From contig NC_089435.1 of NCBI RefSeq assembly GCF_026210795.1, forward strand, positions 868,001 to 932,000: a stretch of 64,000 bases of DNA. Reading direction: 5' to 3'. Shown one piece after another: positions 38,885 to 51,924 of this stretch. This stretch comes from Rhizophagus irregularis. Its lineage: Eukaryota. The translations under genes were made by a program, and so were the position numbers. The notes under the pieces are model-generated. The model was not told the origin of the DNA and did no database searches. It saw nothing but the letters and a program-made list of their open reading frames with translations. Position 1 is the stretch's first letter; the number at the start of each line of letters is the position of its first letter.

Positions 38885-41103
38885 TTTTTTTTAAAAAAAA
38901 AAAAATTATTTTTTGGACGAAATAAACGTAAAATTTGCCGAATTATTATAGGAGATTGAGGATTTACGTAATCACATGTCAGCCGCCGAACCATAACACA
39001 AATGACATATGATTACGCTAGATGTGTTGTGATGAGATCACGTGATTGTGCGTAAGCTTAGCCAAATAAGAATAAAACTTTCTTTTTTGATCATTTTAAC
39101 TACTCTTTTAGAAAAATATAAATGATACCAAAAAGGGTCGAACATATAATTTTACTTAATTGATCTTAGAAATTATATAAAAAAAAAATTGATGAGATCA
39201 CAATTTAAAATAGGATTTTAATAACATTTGAAACAAGGTTTTTGTAATCTTCTGCGGCGATTACGAACTTGCTTTCATATGATTGTAAAACATTCATTTG
39301 ATTATTAAAGTAACCAATAACCATAATAATAATTGTCCGAAGCGTAAATAATTTTTTTTTATTAAATATAGATATAGGTTTATTCTTATAGTTATTGGGC
39401 GTATAGATGGAAATCGGAGGCTTAGAGATAGGTGGCTAAGGTCAAAGAGGATTTAAACAGGCAAAATCGTCTGATCAGCGAATTTGACCGGAAGGAGGAT
39501 GGTAAATTTGTCCGATAAGCAAATTAGTACCGGATTTCAGACGATATATATACGACCGATTGTGAAGGTTTTGTCAATATAAGATAATGAACACTATAAT
39601 CAAATAAACGAATACAATATTACTGCCTCTGTCGGCGCTCTGTACGTATATGTCGGTCGATTTTTGGATACATTTCCATCAAGAGAGTAGATTTACGGAT
39701 TTATTTCTTAATGTTTTAATTTTTTTATTTTATTTTGTTTTTCTTTTTAGTTTACATCAATTTTTTTTTTAGAAAGTACAATTTTTTAGTGTTTGTTTTT
39801 ATTTTTTTCCTTGAAGTCAATAAATATTTCAACGCTTTAACTCAGAGAAAATTTTAGAAAATACAGAAAACAGGAAAAATTAAAAAAAAATTAAAAAAAA
39901 ATTTCAAAAAAATATTTTTAGATTAGTAGTGCTTTTTACACAAAGGATAGATTTTGGAAAGACTAACAATTGTTTTTTAGATTTATCTTAAGTATTTTTT
40001 TCTTTCTAGGTGTTATAATTTTTTATGTAATCAATGTTTTAAATAAATAACGCGCTACTATTCACCTTTTGTTACATATTGTTTAATTGTCTTCACTATT
40101 TGCGCACACATAATCCGATTTACTTCACCACTTGATATTTAACGTCATATTATCTTGCTAATTATTAACCGGTCCTTATTTATCTTTCTGTTACTACCTA
40201 ACCGCATGTTATAAACCGGTGGTAACACACACAATATTCAATAAATATCACTATATCAGTATGATCTTCGTATAACAAAGTTATATATAAAAAACTAAAC
40301 GTTATAATTAATTCATTATTAAGCACTATTTATTATTTGTTTCACATTTTGTTTATTTTCTGTTGTGAAGCTTTCTTATGAACTTGAAATACTTTTTGCT
40401 GTCCTTGTTACTTTGATCGTGATTGTTCCTATTACCTCAATGTAAGAGACCTCCTGCACTTGGCCGTATTTTAAAACTCATGTTATTAATATAGAATACG
40501 TTATATTTCTATATTCCAATAAATTATTAATAAAGGTTCATATATACATTTTATTAGTTTAAATCCATTCAAATACGAATTATTCCTTTTGTTTATATTT
40601 TATTTGACCTAATTGTAATTAATCAATTCATCTCTTTTTTTTTGTGATTTTGTTTACTATAACGATATTTTTAATTTTTCATCTTATATTAAGTAAATAG
40701 AATCCTATAAATTAATTAAAAATTTATTTAATAACAGTTACATAATTGTTTAACTTGATTAATAGACCAACTATAATTAAAAAAAATCCAGATTTATGAT
40801 ATACCCTTCCGACTTTTGTACGTTAGATAAATATACATTATCGTTGTGGAATATTTTTATTAGTCTATATTTTTTTGAACCTGTTCTATCGCGATATTCT
40901 TCAGATCTTTTATTAATCAATCAGAAATTTATTTCATGTTTTAGTTTAAATTTAAAAGTATTAATTTTAATTTTAAATTTATAATTACACGTTACATATT
41001 GAATTGAAGGCTATAAATATATATGTCGCTATAAATTTAGTATGTAATAATTTCGTGAACTTAAACCCATCGTTTCAATATCAACGCAAATACTCAAAAT
41101 TAT

Positions 41104-42656
41104 TTACTTATGTTTTAAATCTTTAATCATGTATTCATCTAATAAAATGGTAAAAAAAATAAGAATTAATTTTAATCATTATTTTTTTTTTTGGATTACA
41201 ATATATTACTTATTTAGACATACCTAAATTTTCGCTAATAAATTCATTATCATGTATCAAACATTCATTTAATTTAGTTGAATAATTAATTTTTCTGCTT
41301 GTATAACAAGATTTTGGATGATATACAATTTCTGGTTCGTAATCTATAATTAATTAAGAATAATTAATAAGTAAATAATTAAATTTAAAATTCAAATTAT
41401 ATATTACCAGGAACAGGTATTCTTTTTTTATCATCATTTTCTTTTGGATATTCATCATCCCATTCATCAAAAATCATAAACAATTCTTTAGCAGTTGGTC
41501 TTTTTTTAGGGTCATTATCCCAACATCTTTTCATTAATTCTACATATTCCGGTAAAGTTCCTTCTATAATTTCTGGTCTAAACCCTTTACAAATATCTAA
41601 AGAAAGTTGAAAATCATGAGAAATATCATGAAATGCTGGAATTCCTGATGTCAACTCCCACATTATAATACCTAAACTATATACATCAGCAGCTTTTGTA
41701 TAAGGTTTACCACGTAAAACTTCTGGTGCAATATAAGGAAGGACACCAAATATTTCATCATTTGTATTTGATTGATTAACTGGTTTACATAATCCAAGAT
41801 CACTAATCACTGAAGTACCATAATATATATTAAGTATATTTCCACTATGAAAATCTCCATGAATTAAATTTAATTTATGAATTGCTTTAAGTTGTACTGT
41901 AATATTATATAAGATTCTAAATTTATCATTTGGATTATATTTTATTGTTAATAAATCATCTCTTAAATTACCCAATGCTACATGCATTACAATCATATAA
42001 TTTAATGTATCTGGATCCTGTGTTATTCCATATAATGAAATAATAAAAGAACCATATGCTCTTGCTTTATGCTGACATTTTAAATGTAATTTCCACTATA
42101 AATTTAAAAATATAAATAAGAATAATTATAATATTAACGAATTTTTATTAATTTAGACAATTATATTTACCTCATTTAAGAAATCCTCTTTAACGTTTGA
42201 TGAATCATTTAAACTTTTAAGAACTATTGGATAAGCATAATTTTCATTACTTTTAAGAGGATTTTTAATTTTAGGATCATTTACTTCATAATTTATTTCA
42301 TAAGTATCACGATTCCAATCTTGTTTCTCATAATCCCAATTAGTTATTAATCCATCTAACCAAATTCCTCTATAAACAGTACTAAAACCACCTTGTGCAA
42401 GAAACTTAATATTCCTTAATTTTGTATAAGGAATCCATTCAAGTAACTCATATCTATTCTTTGCTTCTAATTGTGCTTCTTGAATAAATTTATCAATACA
42501 CTCATTTCCGCTGGTCCAATTATCAAAATTTTTCTGAAATCTTTTAGAATTACATTCTTTGCACCAATTCACATGTGTATTTGGTTGATTACATTCAGGA
42601 CATAATCCAAATTTTTGATTAAATTCTTCTTGCTCATATAACAGGCTAATATTCAT
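41104..42656 (-). CDS. TKL protein kinase, 4 exons, ~442 aa
   Basis: Exons 42656-42171, 42095-41408, 41343-41224 and 41138-41104; CPEC..WCKEC, AQGGFS, IVLK, HGDFHSGN, DLG and APE. Confidence 0.9.
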
Positions 42657-42719
42657 TTTTTTCGGATTCGGAATAGAAAAAAAAAAATTTTTTCCGTTTT
42701 GATTTACCTTTAATATATT

Positions 42720-43030
42720 GTTCGTGTTACCACCGATTTATGACTATTCGTAAGGTAGTAATAATCAAATAGGTAACGATTATATAACAAGCGATAACAA
42801 TTAACAATAAAATATATCAAATTAAATAAATAGTGTATATATGATTGAATCAAAAACAATCGTTAACAATAAGTCATATAAAGTCTATTAATAAATTAGA
42901 TAACAATCGGTAGTAAACTAACAATAAGAATAATAACAAAATGTATAAACGGAAACTGATCGGCGGGTTTCTTTATTAACGAACAAAAAGGAGTTTACAA
43001 TATTACTGCCTCCCTCGGCGCTCTGTAATA
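42720..43030 (-). mobile_element. Probable LTR remnant
   Basis: The end AATATTACTGCCTC..TCGGCGCTCTGTA is shared with 39617-39643; CGGTGGTAACAC (PBS-like) is shared with 40216-40228. Confidence 0.4.
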
Positions 43031-44708
43031 TGAATACAATTCTATCTTTCAGTTAATAATCAAATTCCACATCTTTTACCCCAGCGCAAACTCATCCTAT
43101 ATATATATAGTTCGAAACTTGGTACGATTTCGTCCAAAGTCCAATACTGGTTGCCGGCCAATTTGGTTTCCCGGCCGATTTGTCCAAAAGCCAAGATCGT
43201 CTTCCGGTCAATTTTGTCCGAAGTATGAAATCGTCCATGTTTTACCACCCAGCCTTCCGAATCGGCCAAGCCTCAATTCCGGTTTAATGTCCCACTAACC
43301 ATAAAATATACTATATATATAAAAAAATAAACTAAAAAAATAAACAATATATTCAATTAATGTCTATATTTAAAATATTCCGTGATTTAACCGAGATTTA
43401 CACTCTAAACTTATTCTATTTGATCAACTACTAATTTACTGTAGTATAACATTCGATAATTGTAAAATCGTACATATTCGGAAATCGGAACTCGACATAA
43501 TGACTATATGATATAACGGTAAGTCTATCATTTTTTTTTTTTCGTTCAAAAATATCGATATTCATTAAAAATTAATTATATTAAAAGTTGTATGATACAG
43601 TAGTATTTTTGTTAATAACAATTAGAATATGACGATAATATTAATTAAATTTCAATCTTGTATTCATTCCTTTTATCTATGTTTATATATTATTTTGAAT
43701 TTGAGCAAAGCAAAAAATATGAAAAAATATTTTATTTTATTAATGAGAAATATCGCATACGTATTTTGATTATCTTGTTACTTTTTTGTGATGTTCATGA
43801 ATTTTTTTCTTTTTATATATCGAAACTGAATTGATATTGCAGCAAGGTCATAATTAAAATTTCATAGAATTAAAATAAACATAATAATTTCAGTAAAAGA
43901 ATAGAAATCATTTAAAAATAATTAACTGTTAATAAATGATTTATTTGAATAAAATAATATTTATATTAAATTATTAGTATTTAGTTATATTTATATATGT
44001 AAAATGTGAAATGTACAGAATTATGCGAAAAACAATTGGATGCGGTCATAAATTGATAAATGTCTAAATTAATGATCTACAAAGGATAAATTTAAACGGG
44101 ATCCGTACAAAATCCCGTTTATTCGTACCAGACCCGTTTCAGTTACCATTTTGTTCATCCCTATTGACCAATACAAACATGGAAAATGTCGTGATATATT
44201 ATAATTTTGCGGACAAATATGTAAAGAAGCGAATGTTCACCATATGAAAATAATCGTACACATAAGAATAGTCAATAATGCATGTTTTATTTATAAATTA
44301 AAATTATGTATGACCTTGTAAAAAAAATTTATTAATGAAAATTTCATAAAATTATAATTCGAAATAACAAAAACAAGTTTTACTATGATAAATTTCTAAT
44401 CTTACTAATATATTATGACTCTAAATTCTTTTTATTTTATTCATTCAAATTCTGCAAAAAAAAAAAAAATTCTCTCATATTAAAAGACATTCATGTTTCA
44501 ACAATAATGTAGTATAGTTTTTTTGGAATTATAATAGTAAAGATAATCTGCAATTTAAGTAATCAATATAAATGATTTAAATAAGGTTATATTAATTAAT
44601 CATTAATGTTAGCGAATATTAGTAGATAGATTTTATATAGTTTACCTATAATATTCAATCTATGTATCTTTATATATTTGTATAATTTTGTAACTAAAAT
44701 AAATTAAT

Positions 44709-45611
44709 TCGTGATCTGCTACACGATTTTCATTCCTTAAATAATGCTCACCCACGTATTTTAATACATAATATTTATCCAAAAATTTCAAATAGTTTGT
44801 TTTTTTACAATAAATTTTCACATGATTTTTCACTTTTATTTGACGTCACGACAGATTCCCATTTTCTGCAGATCGTTCGCAGGGGTGAGCGGACTGAGCG
44901 GTCAACTATGTAAATCAAAACTCTATATGGTATCATATAAAAATTTACTATTGAAGATTTTCACGTGTTAATTCCATTATATTTTCCTAATACGATTTTA
45001 TAAATACAATAATACTGCAACTATAATTAATAATAATCACTATTGCCTATGATACAATTAAGAAGGATTGACGCAATAACTTCCCCTGCCATGGGTAATT
45101 AATTGACTTGTTATTTCCTTGATAGTATTATTATGGTCATGTTTCTAGACTCTTTTGGGCTGCTTTCCGAGCTTGATACTTTCGTTTATATGATTTGTAA
45201 ATACTCATGCTAAATTTAGATGTCTAGCCTTAATTCTAACTCGTTTTGCGACCAAAAACATTTTAAAGTTCAGAATAACAGAGTTACGTTGCTAAATTTG
45301 AAATATTTTACCAATTAATGAAAAAATAACCTTCTTTTTACTCAATATTAATATAGAGAGAGGAATACAAAAATAACCAACGTAACTTTGTCAGAGATAT
45401 GTATGAGAATGGATATTTTAATATAAAAAAAAGTAATAAATAATAAGAAAGTTCACTCTAGACATTTAAAAATTCGTGAACTATTCTTTTATTATTGTGG
45501 TCTATGTAAAAGAGACTCTCTATTAAGTATCTGTTATGATTTAAAAAATCTTTTAATTAAGCTACCTGATTTACATAGTTGACCGATCACCCATTGACAC
45601 GTGGATCACGG
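44709..45611. mobile_element. ~900-bp non-autonomous DNA element
   Basis: Short TIR (T/C)CGTGATC flanked by ATTAAT on both sides; the paralogous region shows the empty site with a single ATTAAT at 57211-57216; internal inverted repeat GGTCAACTATGTAAATCA. Confidence 0.75.
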
Positions 45612-46092
45612 ATTAATATATAATAACTAGAAGAAATATAAAAATCTCGAGAGAGTTCTTAGAATAAAGATTTGTTGCTTAATAGATGACATTGTTTATT
45701 GCAAACCAGTATCAAAAGAATTTTTAAATTATTCATCTATTTTACGAAATATTATGACTTGGCTTTTTTTTTTGAATCGTAGATTGATTTGATCCTTGGT
45801 TGATAAATTTAATCATTTTATCTAGTCTTTGAAATTCATCTCTTATATAATTTGCTAAAATGATTATAAAGAGCAAAAATTAATAACATTAATTTCAACG
45901 TTTTATAATTTTTTCATTATGATATTCTACATTTTTACAATAAATTAATTTTACTGAAATAATCAACTAAATTTTAATTGCTTACTAAAAAAAAATTGAT
46001 TAAGGTTTAGAAATTTTAAAAATATCAAGTATATAAAAATAAAATTTATGTTGTTTGTATTGCAAAATATTTTAGAAAAATATTATTGACTT

Positions 46093-48043
46093 CGATACCA
46101 GAAAAGGCCGGTACTTCTTGCTTGCACTACGAAGCAACAAAGACTTACCCTGTCGATCATTAACGATTTCAAAGTCTACACCATTAAAACATTTTGTAAC
46201 AATTTGTTTGGAAAATTGTCTATTTAGGGAGAAGAAGAACATGTGATACTGAGATAAGTCCCTAAAATGTGACTAAAACTGGGCTTGCTAGATGTAGATC
46301 GAAATGTGTGTTGATGTTCACATGAAAGTTCTATGTCATTGGTGTTGCGCCAACTTCTGCAAGAAAAACTTCTTATCATACCAATAATACCAGTAATAAG
46401 AATAGAAGGACTAAAACGTATATTCGTTTCAGTTCGTGATTCATTTAGGATTTTACCTCAGATGTGGAACCGAATGTGAACAACCTACCGCTGTCGTCAT
46501 GTCTAAGAACCGTTGGCGTTGCAGAGCTCATATTTATTGAGGAACATCGGTACAGTTTACCAAAAGAGCCTAGATTTTATAAAGAACAAATGTCGAAGTT
46601 ACTGACTCCTAGCGCCCTCAAAAACAAATGCAACACCAAGATGGTACATTCGGAACGTCTTGGATTGAGCTACTATGCCCTATAAAAAAAGAAAATTCGG
46701 AATTTGTCCTGAAAAGTATGGAAAATGTCCGGAAATTTTCCGTGCGTCCGGAAAACATTCGGAAACGGTCACGTTTTGGAACATTTTCCGGACGCACAAA
46801 TTCCAGACATTTTCTTGACACTCCAGAATTTGTCCGGAATTTGTCCAGAATCGAGCGTCCGGAAAATGTTCCAAAACGTGACCGTTTCCGAATGTTTTCC
46901 GGACGCACGGAAAATTTCCGGACATTTTCCATACTTTTCAGGACAAATTCCGAATTTTCTTTTTTTATAGGGATGACGTCACTATACGAAAATATAAAGA
47001 TCTCCCAAGCAATTCTAAAGCAACGGAACGCCCGTACTACAAAGCGTACTCCCGTTTAGAATTTGACGTCGTTCGTTCGCCCCAACAAATCGCGCGTTGG
47101 AATGAATAGATTGACGAAAAGTGTTCTCAATTATGAATATCACTCGAGGTAGGCCAAATTATTTATTCTTAAGACGCCTACTACCACACCAAGACGTAAC
47201 AACCCTACTGTCTTCAAGCAACTTCAACATCTTCCTCGACGACCGCGTGCTGTCGGTCCACCGAATGGACTCCATACCGCTGCTAGGACAGCCGAATACT
47301 CGAAAGCAAGAAAACGTGAAAAAATTGGCTCCGACGTATTAAAAAGCGCAATAAGGCCAAGAAACCTTTACCTGCCTTACCACCTGGTACTCCTGGTGAC
47401 CCACGCATATTCTATCTCAAAACGTACTACAACATCAGCCTATTTGACTACAAGGTCCGACGTCGTTTTGACGTCAGTTCCATCCCTCAATACAACTACA
47501 GTTATCACAAAGCTACAATTTCGCTCCTCCGTGACGGAGGACGGAGGACCTCGCCATCAACTCCAACACCAACAACGTTCACTTCATTATTAGTGAGAAA
47601 GATCAAGCTATCATTAATGCACCGGAGGTCTACTTTAGACGCACTCCACCTCCGGATGACGCTTCAAACATTACAACGAGTGACGTCTCATATACTTCCG
47701 CTGCCGAAACCATGGCCTGACAGTGTTTACGTACAACAACACCGGGCGCGATCGACGATGTTGAAAGAAAAATACGTGTATCTATATCGAAGTGTAAGTA
47801 GCCTACCTGAACTCTTTTTTAGCTTTAATTAGTTTTCTTGCTCAACGATATAGGTATGAGACATAAGGTTACACCTATAATTTTTAATAACAGGCAGGAC
47901 AACTCCGTTAGGGGTTGGATGTTAACTTTCGTATAGTTTATTTTACTATTTGTAAAGGTGCTAACTTACATGGATTTCCTTAGTTGTTATCACCCCAGTG
48001 CCCAGTCCACGTCTATATTGAATAAAATAAAATAAAACAAATA
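46093..48043 (+). mobile_element. Degenerate non-LTR-retroelement-like insertion
   Basis: GC-richer block absent from the paralogous region near 57.6 kb; broken ORF (HSERLGLSYYDVTIRKY..YYKAYSRLEFD); ends in an (AATAA)n tail. No RT motif seen. Confidence 0.55.
46678..46972. mobile_element. Foldback MITE (CMC/CACTA-like), 295 bp
   Basis: Perfect 118-bp arms (46678-46795 and 46855-46972) starting CCCTATAAAAAA; 3-bp TSD ATG; removing it restores the host reading frame. Confidence 0.93.
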
Positions 48044-49073
48044 AACCTTTTTGTCAATAGTAAAGAAACCTTACAAAATAGTTAATATTTCGTTATTAGT
48101 AACTTTAAATTTTTAAATTAAATAATAAATAATTCAATAATATCTCAATTGTATTGGGTTGAGAGTCAAACTATTAAGAAAAAGAAAAATTTTTTAGAAA
48201 TAAAATTTTAAAATATGGATTACTTAAGAGCATGGTTTAGGAAACGGAATCCCGTTATTATCGTTATTATCGCCTTTTTCAAATTAATGCGATCCTTACA
48301 TAACACCTCAATTTGCAATTTTATTGTACCATTATATAGAAATGGCTAATTATCAGCGATTTCTGGAAGAAATTTTAGTAATTTCTTGATTCTTAGGGTA
48401 ATTTCATTATAAACGAATTTTAAAATTTTGTACAACACTAACGTTTTTGGCAAGGAAACTACTCTAAGAATTGAGGAATTACCAAAATTTCTCTTTTCTA
48501 CATATAAATGATACAATAAAATTGCAGATAACTCACAAATTAAGGGGTATTTCGGGCGCACTAATTTGAAAAAGGAGACAAGTCCGAAATGCTATTTTAG
48601 GTCTTAATACTGTTTTATTATTGTATATCATCATGTGCTGGACGGCATATCACCTTGCGTAGAATTATGTTGCTTGCATTTCAGACAAATTCGTTGATTA
48701 TAGTCATGTGTATCCAGAAAATTTTCTATATTTCACTTCCTAATATTCCATTGATCTTTTCCTATGTAAAGAGTAAAGGGCTTTCAGATAATACCCTAAA
48801 AAAAATTTTTTTTTAATATTATTATATGTATTTCAGAATTTTTAATTTATAATAATCATTTATTATTATATGTATGTAACTATCATATTTTTCAAATGAA
48901 CAGAAATCCAAAGCGAAATAATTCAGTATAATGATTTTCGTGCTAAGTTTTATATATGAAAATATTCAATTTACTTATTTTTCCAACAATTTCATTGGTG
49001 AAAATGTTGATAAAAATGCTTCTTATAATCTTATAACTTTTTCAAAAATTAAACTTTTTTTATTTTTTTTTTA

Positions 49074-49245
49074 CATCAACATTTTCTTAATTATGGAAAA
49101 AATGACTAACTTATTTTATCGATATGGTTTTGACGTAGATCGGTTGGTGATCTGGAACATCATTAACATTTTCTTAATTGTGGAAAAAGTGACTAACTTA
49201 TTTTATCGAAATGGTTTTGACGTAGATTAGTTGGTGATCTGGAAA
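49074..49245. repeat. Tandem duplication of ~84 bp
   Basis: Two copies of AACATTTTCTTAATT.TGGAAAAA.TGACTAACTTATTTTATCGA...GGTGATCTGGAA. Confidence 0.8.
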
Positions 49246-49570
49246 TTAATCTGCATTAGCTTTCTACTTTTGGCTAAAATACTATTTTTCTTAATAATTC
49301 ATTCATGACATTCTGCGTTCCGTCGGGCGGAATTCAAAAAATAGGAAATTTCAGCGATGCATTTATTATTAATTATTGTTGTAATATGGACTACATTTTG
49401 GTCTGAATTTTTTTATTGGTTCACTTTGCAGATCATAGTCGTTTGCAATAATAAAACTCATAAATCCCGACTTCTTTTCAACTGACGCCCTCCCATATTT
49501 TTTTTTTTGAATTCTGGCGGCATATATACATAACGCATACTTACAGTAAAATAAATTTCTAAAAAACTAA

Positions 49571-51025
49571 ATGGGAACTAAATATAGTAATTTTAATATT
49601 TCAGATAAAGATACTGATACAGCAAGCACTGCTAATTGTTTATATTGCAATAAACCTTTTATTGAAAAATTATGGTGCAAAGAATGTATTAACTCTCTAG
49701 AAAAATTAGCAGAAAATGGCGATAAAAAAGCAATGAATAATTTAGCCAATAGGTATTATAATGGAGAAGGAACAAAAAAGAATTTAGAAAAAGCCTTTTA
49801 TTGGTATCAAAAAGCAGCAGAAAATGGTGTTAAAGAAGGAATGCATAATTTAGCTATTTGTTATAATAATGGAAAAGGAACAGAAAAGAATTTAGAAAAA
49901 GCATTTCATTTGTATCAAAAAGCAGCAGAAAATGGTGTTATAAAATCAATGATGTATTTAGCTATTTGTTATTATAATGGAAAAGGAACAGTAAAGAATT
50001 TAGAAAAAGCCTTTCATTGGTTTCAAAAAGCAGCAGAAAATGGTATTAAAGAAGCAATGTTTATTTTAGCCGCATGTCATAAAATTGGAGAAGGAACAGA
50101 AAAGAATTTAGAAAAAGCCTTTTACTGGTATCAAAAAGCAGTGGAAAATGGTTATACTGATGCAATGTATAATTTGGCTGTTTGTTATGAAAATGGAGAA
50201 GGAATAGAAAAGAATTTAGAAAAGGCCTTTTACTGGTATCAAAAAGCATCAGAAAATGGTGTTAATAAAGAAGCTATGTTTAATTTAGCCACACTTTTTA
50301 AAAATGGAGAAGGAACAGTAAAGAATTTAGAAAAAGCCTTTTATTGGTATCAAAAAGCAGCAGAAAATGGTGATGAAAAAGCAATGTTTAATTTAGCCAT
50401 ATGTAATTATTATGGAGAAGGAACAGTAAAGAATTTAGAAAAAGCCTTTTACTGGTATCAAAAAGCAGCAGAAAATGGTATTAAGAAAGCAATGTCTATT
50501 TTAGCCATATGTTATAAAAATGGAGAAGGAACAGAAAAGAATTTAGAAAAAGCCTTTCATTGGTTTCAAAAAGCAGCAGAAAATGGTGTTAAAGAAGCCA
50601 TGTTTAATTTAGCCACACTTTTTAAAAATGGAGAAGGAACAGTAAAAAATTTAGAAAAAGCCTTTTATTGGTATCAAAAAGCTTCAGAAAATGGTGTTAA
50701 AGAAGCAATGTTTAATTTAGCCATTTGTTATGAAAATGAAAAGAATTTAGAAAAAGCCTTTTATTGGTATCAAAAGGCAGCAGAAAATGGTGTTAAAGAA
50801 GGAATGCATAATTTAGCTATCTGTTATTATAATGGGGAAGGAACAGAAAAGAATTTAGAAAAAGCCCTTTATTGGCATCAAAATGCAGTGAAAAATGGAA
50901 ATGGAAAAGCAATGTTTAATTTAGCTAGATATTATGAAGATGGCAAAGGAATAGAAAAGAATTCAGAAAAAGCCTTTTATTGGTATCAAAAAGCAGCAGA
51001 AAAGATTATATTTACACCATTATAA
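49571..51025 (+). CDS. Sel1-repeat protein (12 repeats), a truncated paralogue of 31507-35444 lacking the kinase domain
   Basis: Same N-terminus NCLYCNKPF..LWCKECINSLEKLAENG; homology breaks at ~51012 (AAEK|IIFTPL* versus AAEKDHIEAM). Confidence 0.82.
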   Translation: MGTKYSNFNISDKDTDTASTANCLYCNKPFIEKLWCKECINSLEKLAENGDKKAMNNLANRYYNGEGTKKNLEKAFYWYQKAAENGVKEGMHNLAICYNNGKGTEKNLEKAFHLYQKAAENGVIKSMMYLAICYYNGKGTVKNLEKAFHWFQKAAENGIKEAMFILAACHKIGEGTEKNLEKAFYWYQKAVENGYTDAMYNLAVCYENGEGIEKNLEKAFYWYQKASENGVNKEAMFNLATLFKNGEGTVKNLEKAFYWYQKAAENGDEKAMFNLAICNYYGEGTVKNLEKAFYWYQKAAENGIKKAMSILAICYKNGEGTEKNLEKAFHWFQKAAENGVKEAMFNLATLFKNGEGTVKNLEKAFYWYQKASENGVKEAMFNLAICYENEKNLEKAFYWYQKAAENGVKEGMHNLAICYYNGEGTEKNLEKALYWHQNAVKNGNGKAMFNLARYYEDGKGIEKNSEKAFYWYQKAAEKIIFTPL

Positions 51026-51469
51026 TGTTTACTGAAATTATAATTAACATATTTAGAAAATAATTTTGATCAATTGATTTGGAATATAACTTTGCCAATC
51101 CTTATTTTGATCTAGCAAATTGATCGACCAATGTTATGATCATAGTACTGTTATGATGTCAGTTCTTATACGCTTATAAAAATAAGCTATACATTAAAAA
51201 ATGTTTATATTTAATAAAGCAGAAGGTAATTTTAAGGATCAACGTATATGTTAAAATCAATCCAATCAGATGTGAATAGAGTATCGCTTCACACTGGCGC
51301 ATACAATCAGACACAAATAAGGGAAGGCAGATTAACCATATAAAACCAAACTTAAAATTAAGGTGTATACTAAAGGGTAAACATTTTATTAATTAAATTC
51401 TTCACACATGTTTCTTATATTAAAATTCAGGTCTAATTACAGGTCTATATATACATAAATTTCCAAACT

Positions 51470-51682
51470 AAAAATGTTTAACATATGCTACATATGCTAT
51501 ATATCCTATATGTGCTATATGTTCTATATATTCCATATATACTACATGTTCTATATATCCCATATATGCTACATGTTCTATATATCTCATATATGCTACA
51601 TGTTCCATATATTCTATATATTCTACATATCGGACATATGCAACATATCAAACATGTCAAACATATTCGACATTTGCTACAT
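51470..51682. repeat. Low-complexity ACATAT-based tandem repeat (~9/27-bp period)
   Basis: catatatgctacatgttctatatatc(c) units upstream of the transposase. Confidence 0.8.
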
Positions 51683-51924
51683 TGATCGGCATCACGGGTC
51701 CAGTTATATCACATGATTGCTGCGCAACATTTTACTGGGTAACAGTACTACAGTTTACGACATAAATATTCGGAATTTTTATTTTTATGCATAAAGGAAT
51801 GCTGTCATACCAAGTCTTGTGCAACCAAAATAATAATTAAAATGGAAGTTGATCAGCCCTTTTTAAACATAAATATAGCGTGAAAAATTCTCACCTGATT
51901 GTTTATCAGCAGCAAAATAAAATC

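Noticed and set aside
46618..47059. Mirror-image ORFs on both strands
   Set aside because: Artefact of the perfect foldback MITE.
51474..51716. Cys/Tyr/Ile-rich small ORFs
   Set aside because: They are translations of an ACATAT tandem repeat.
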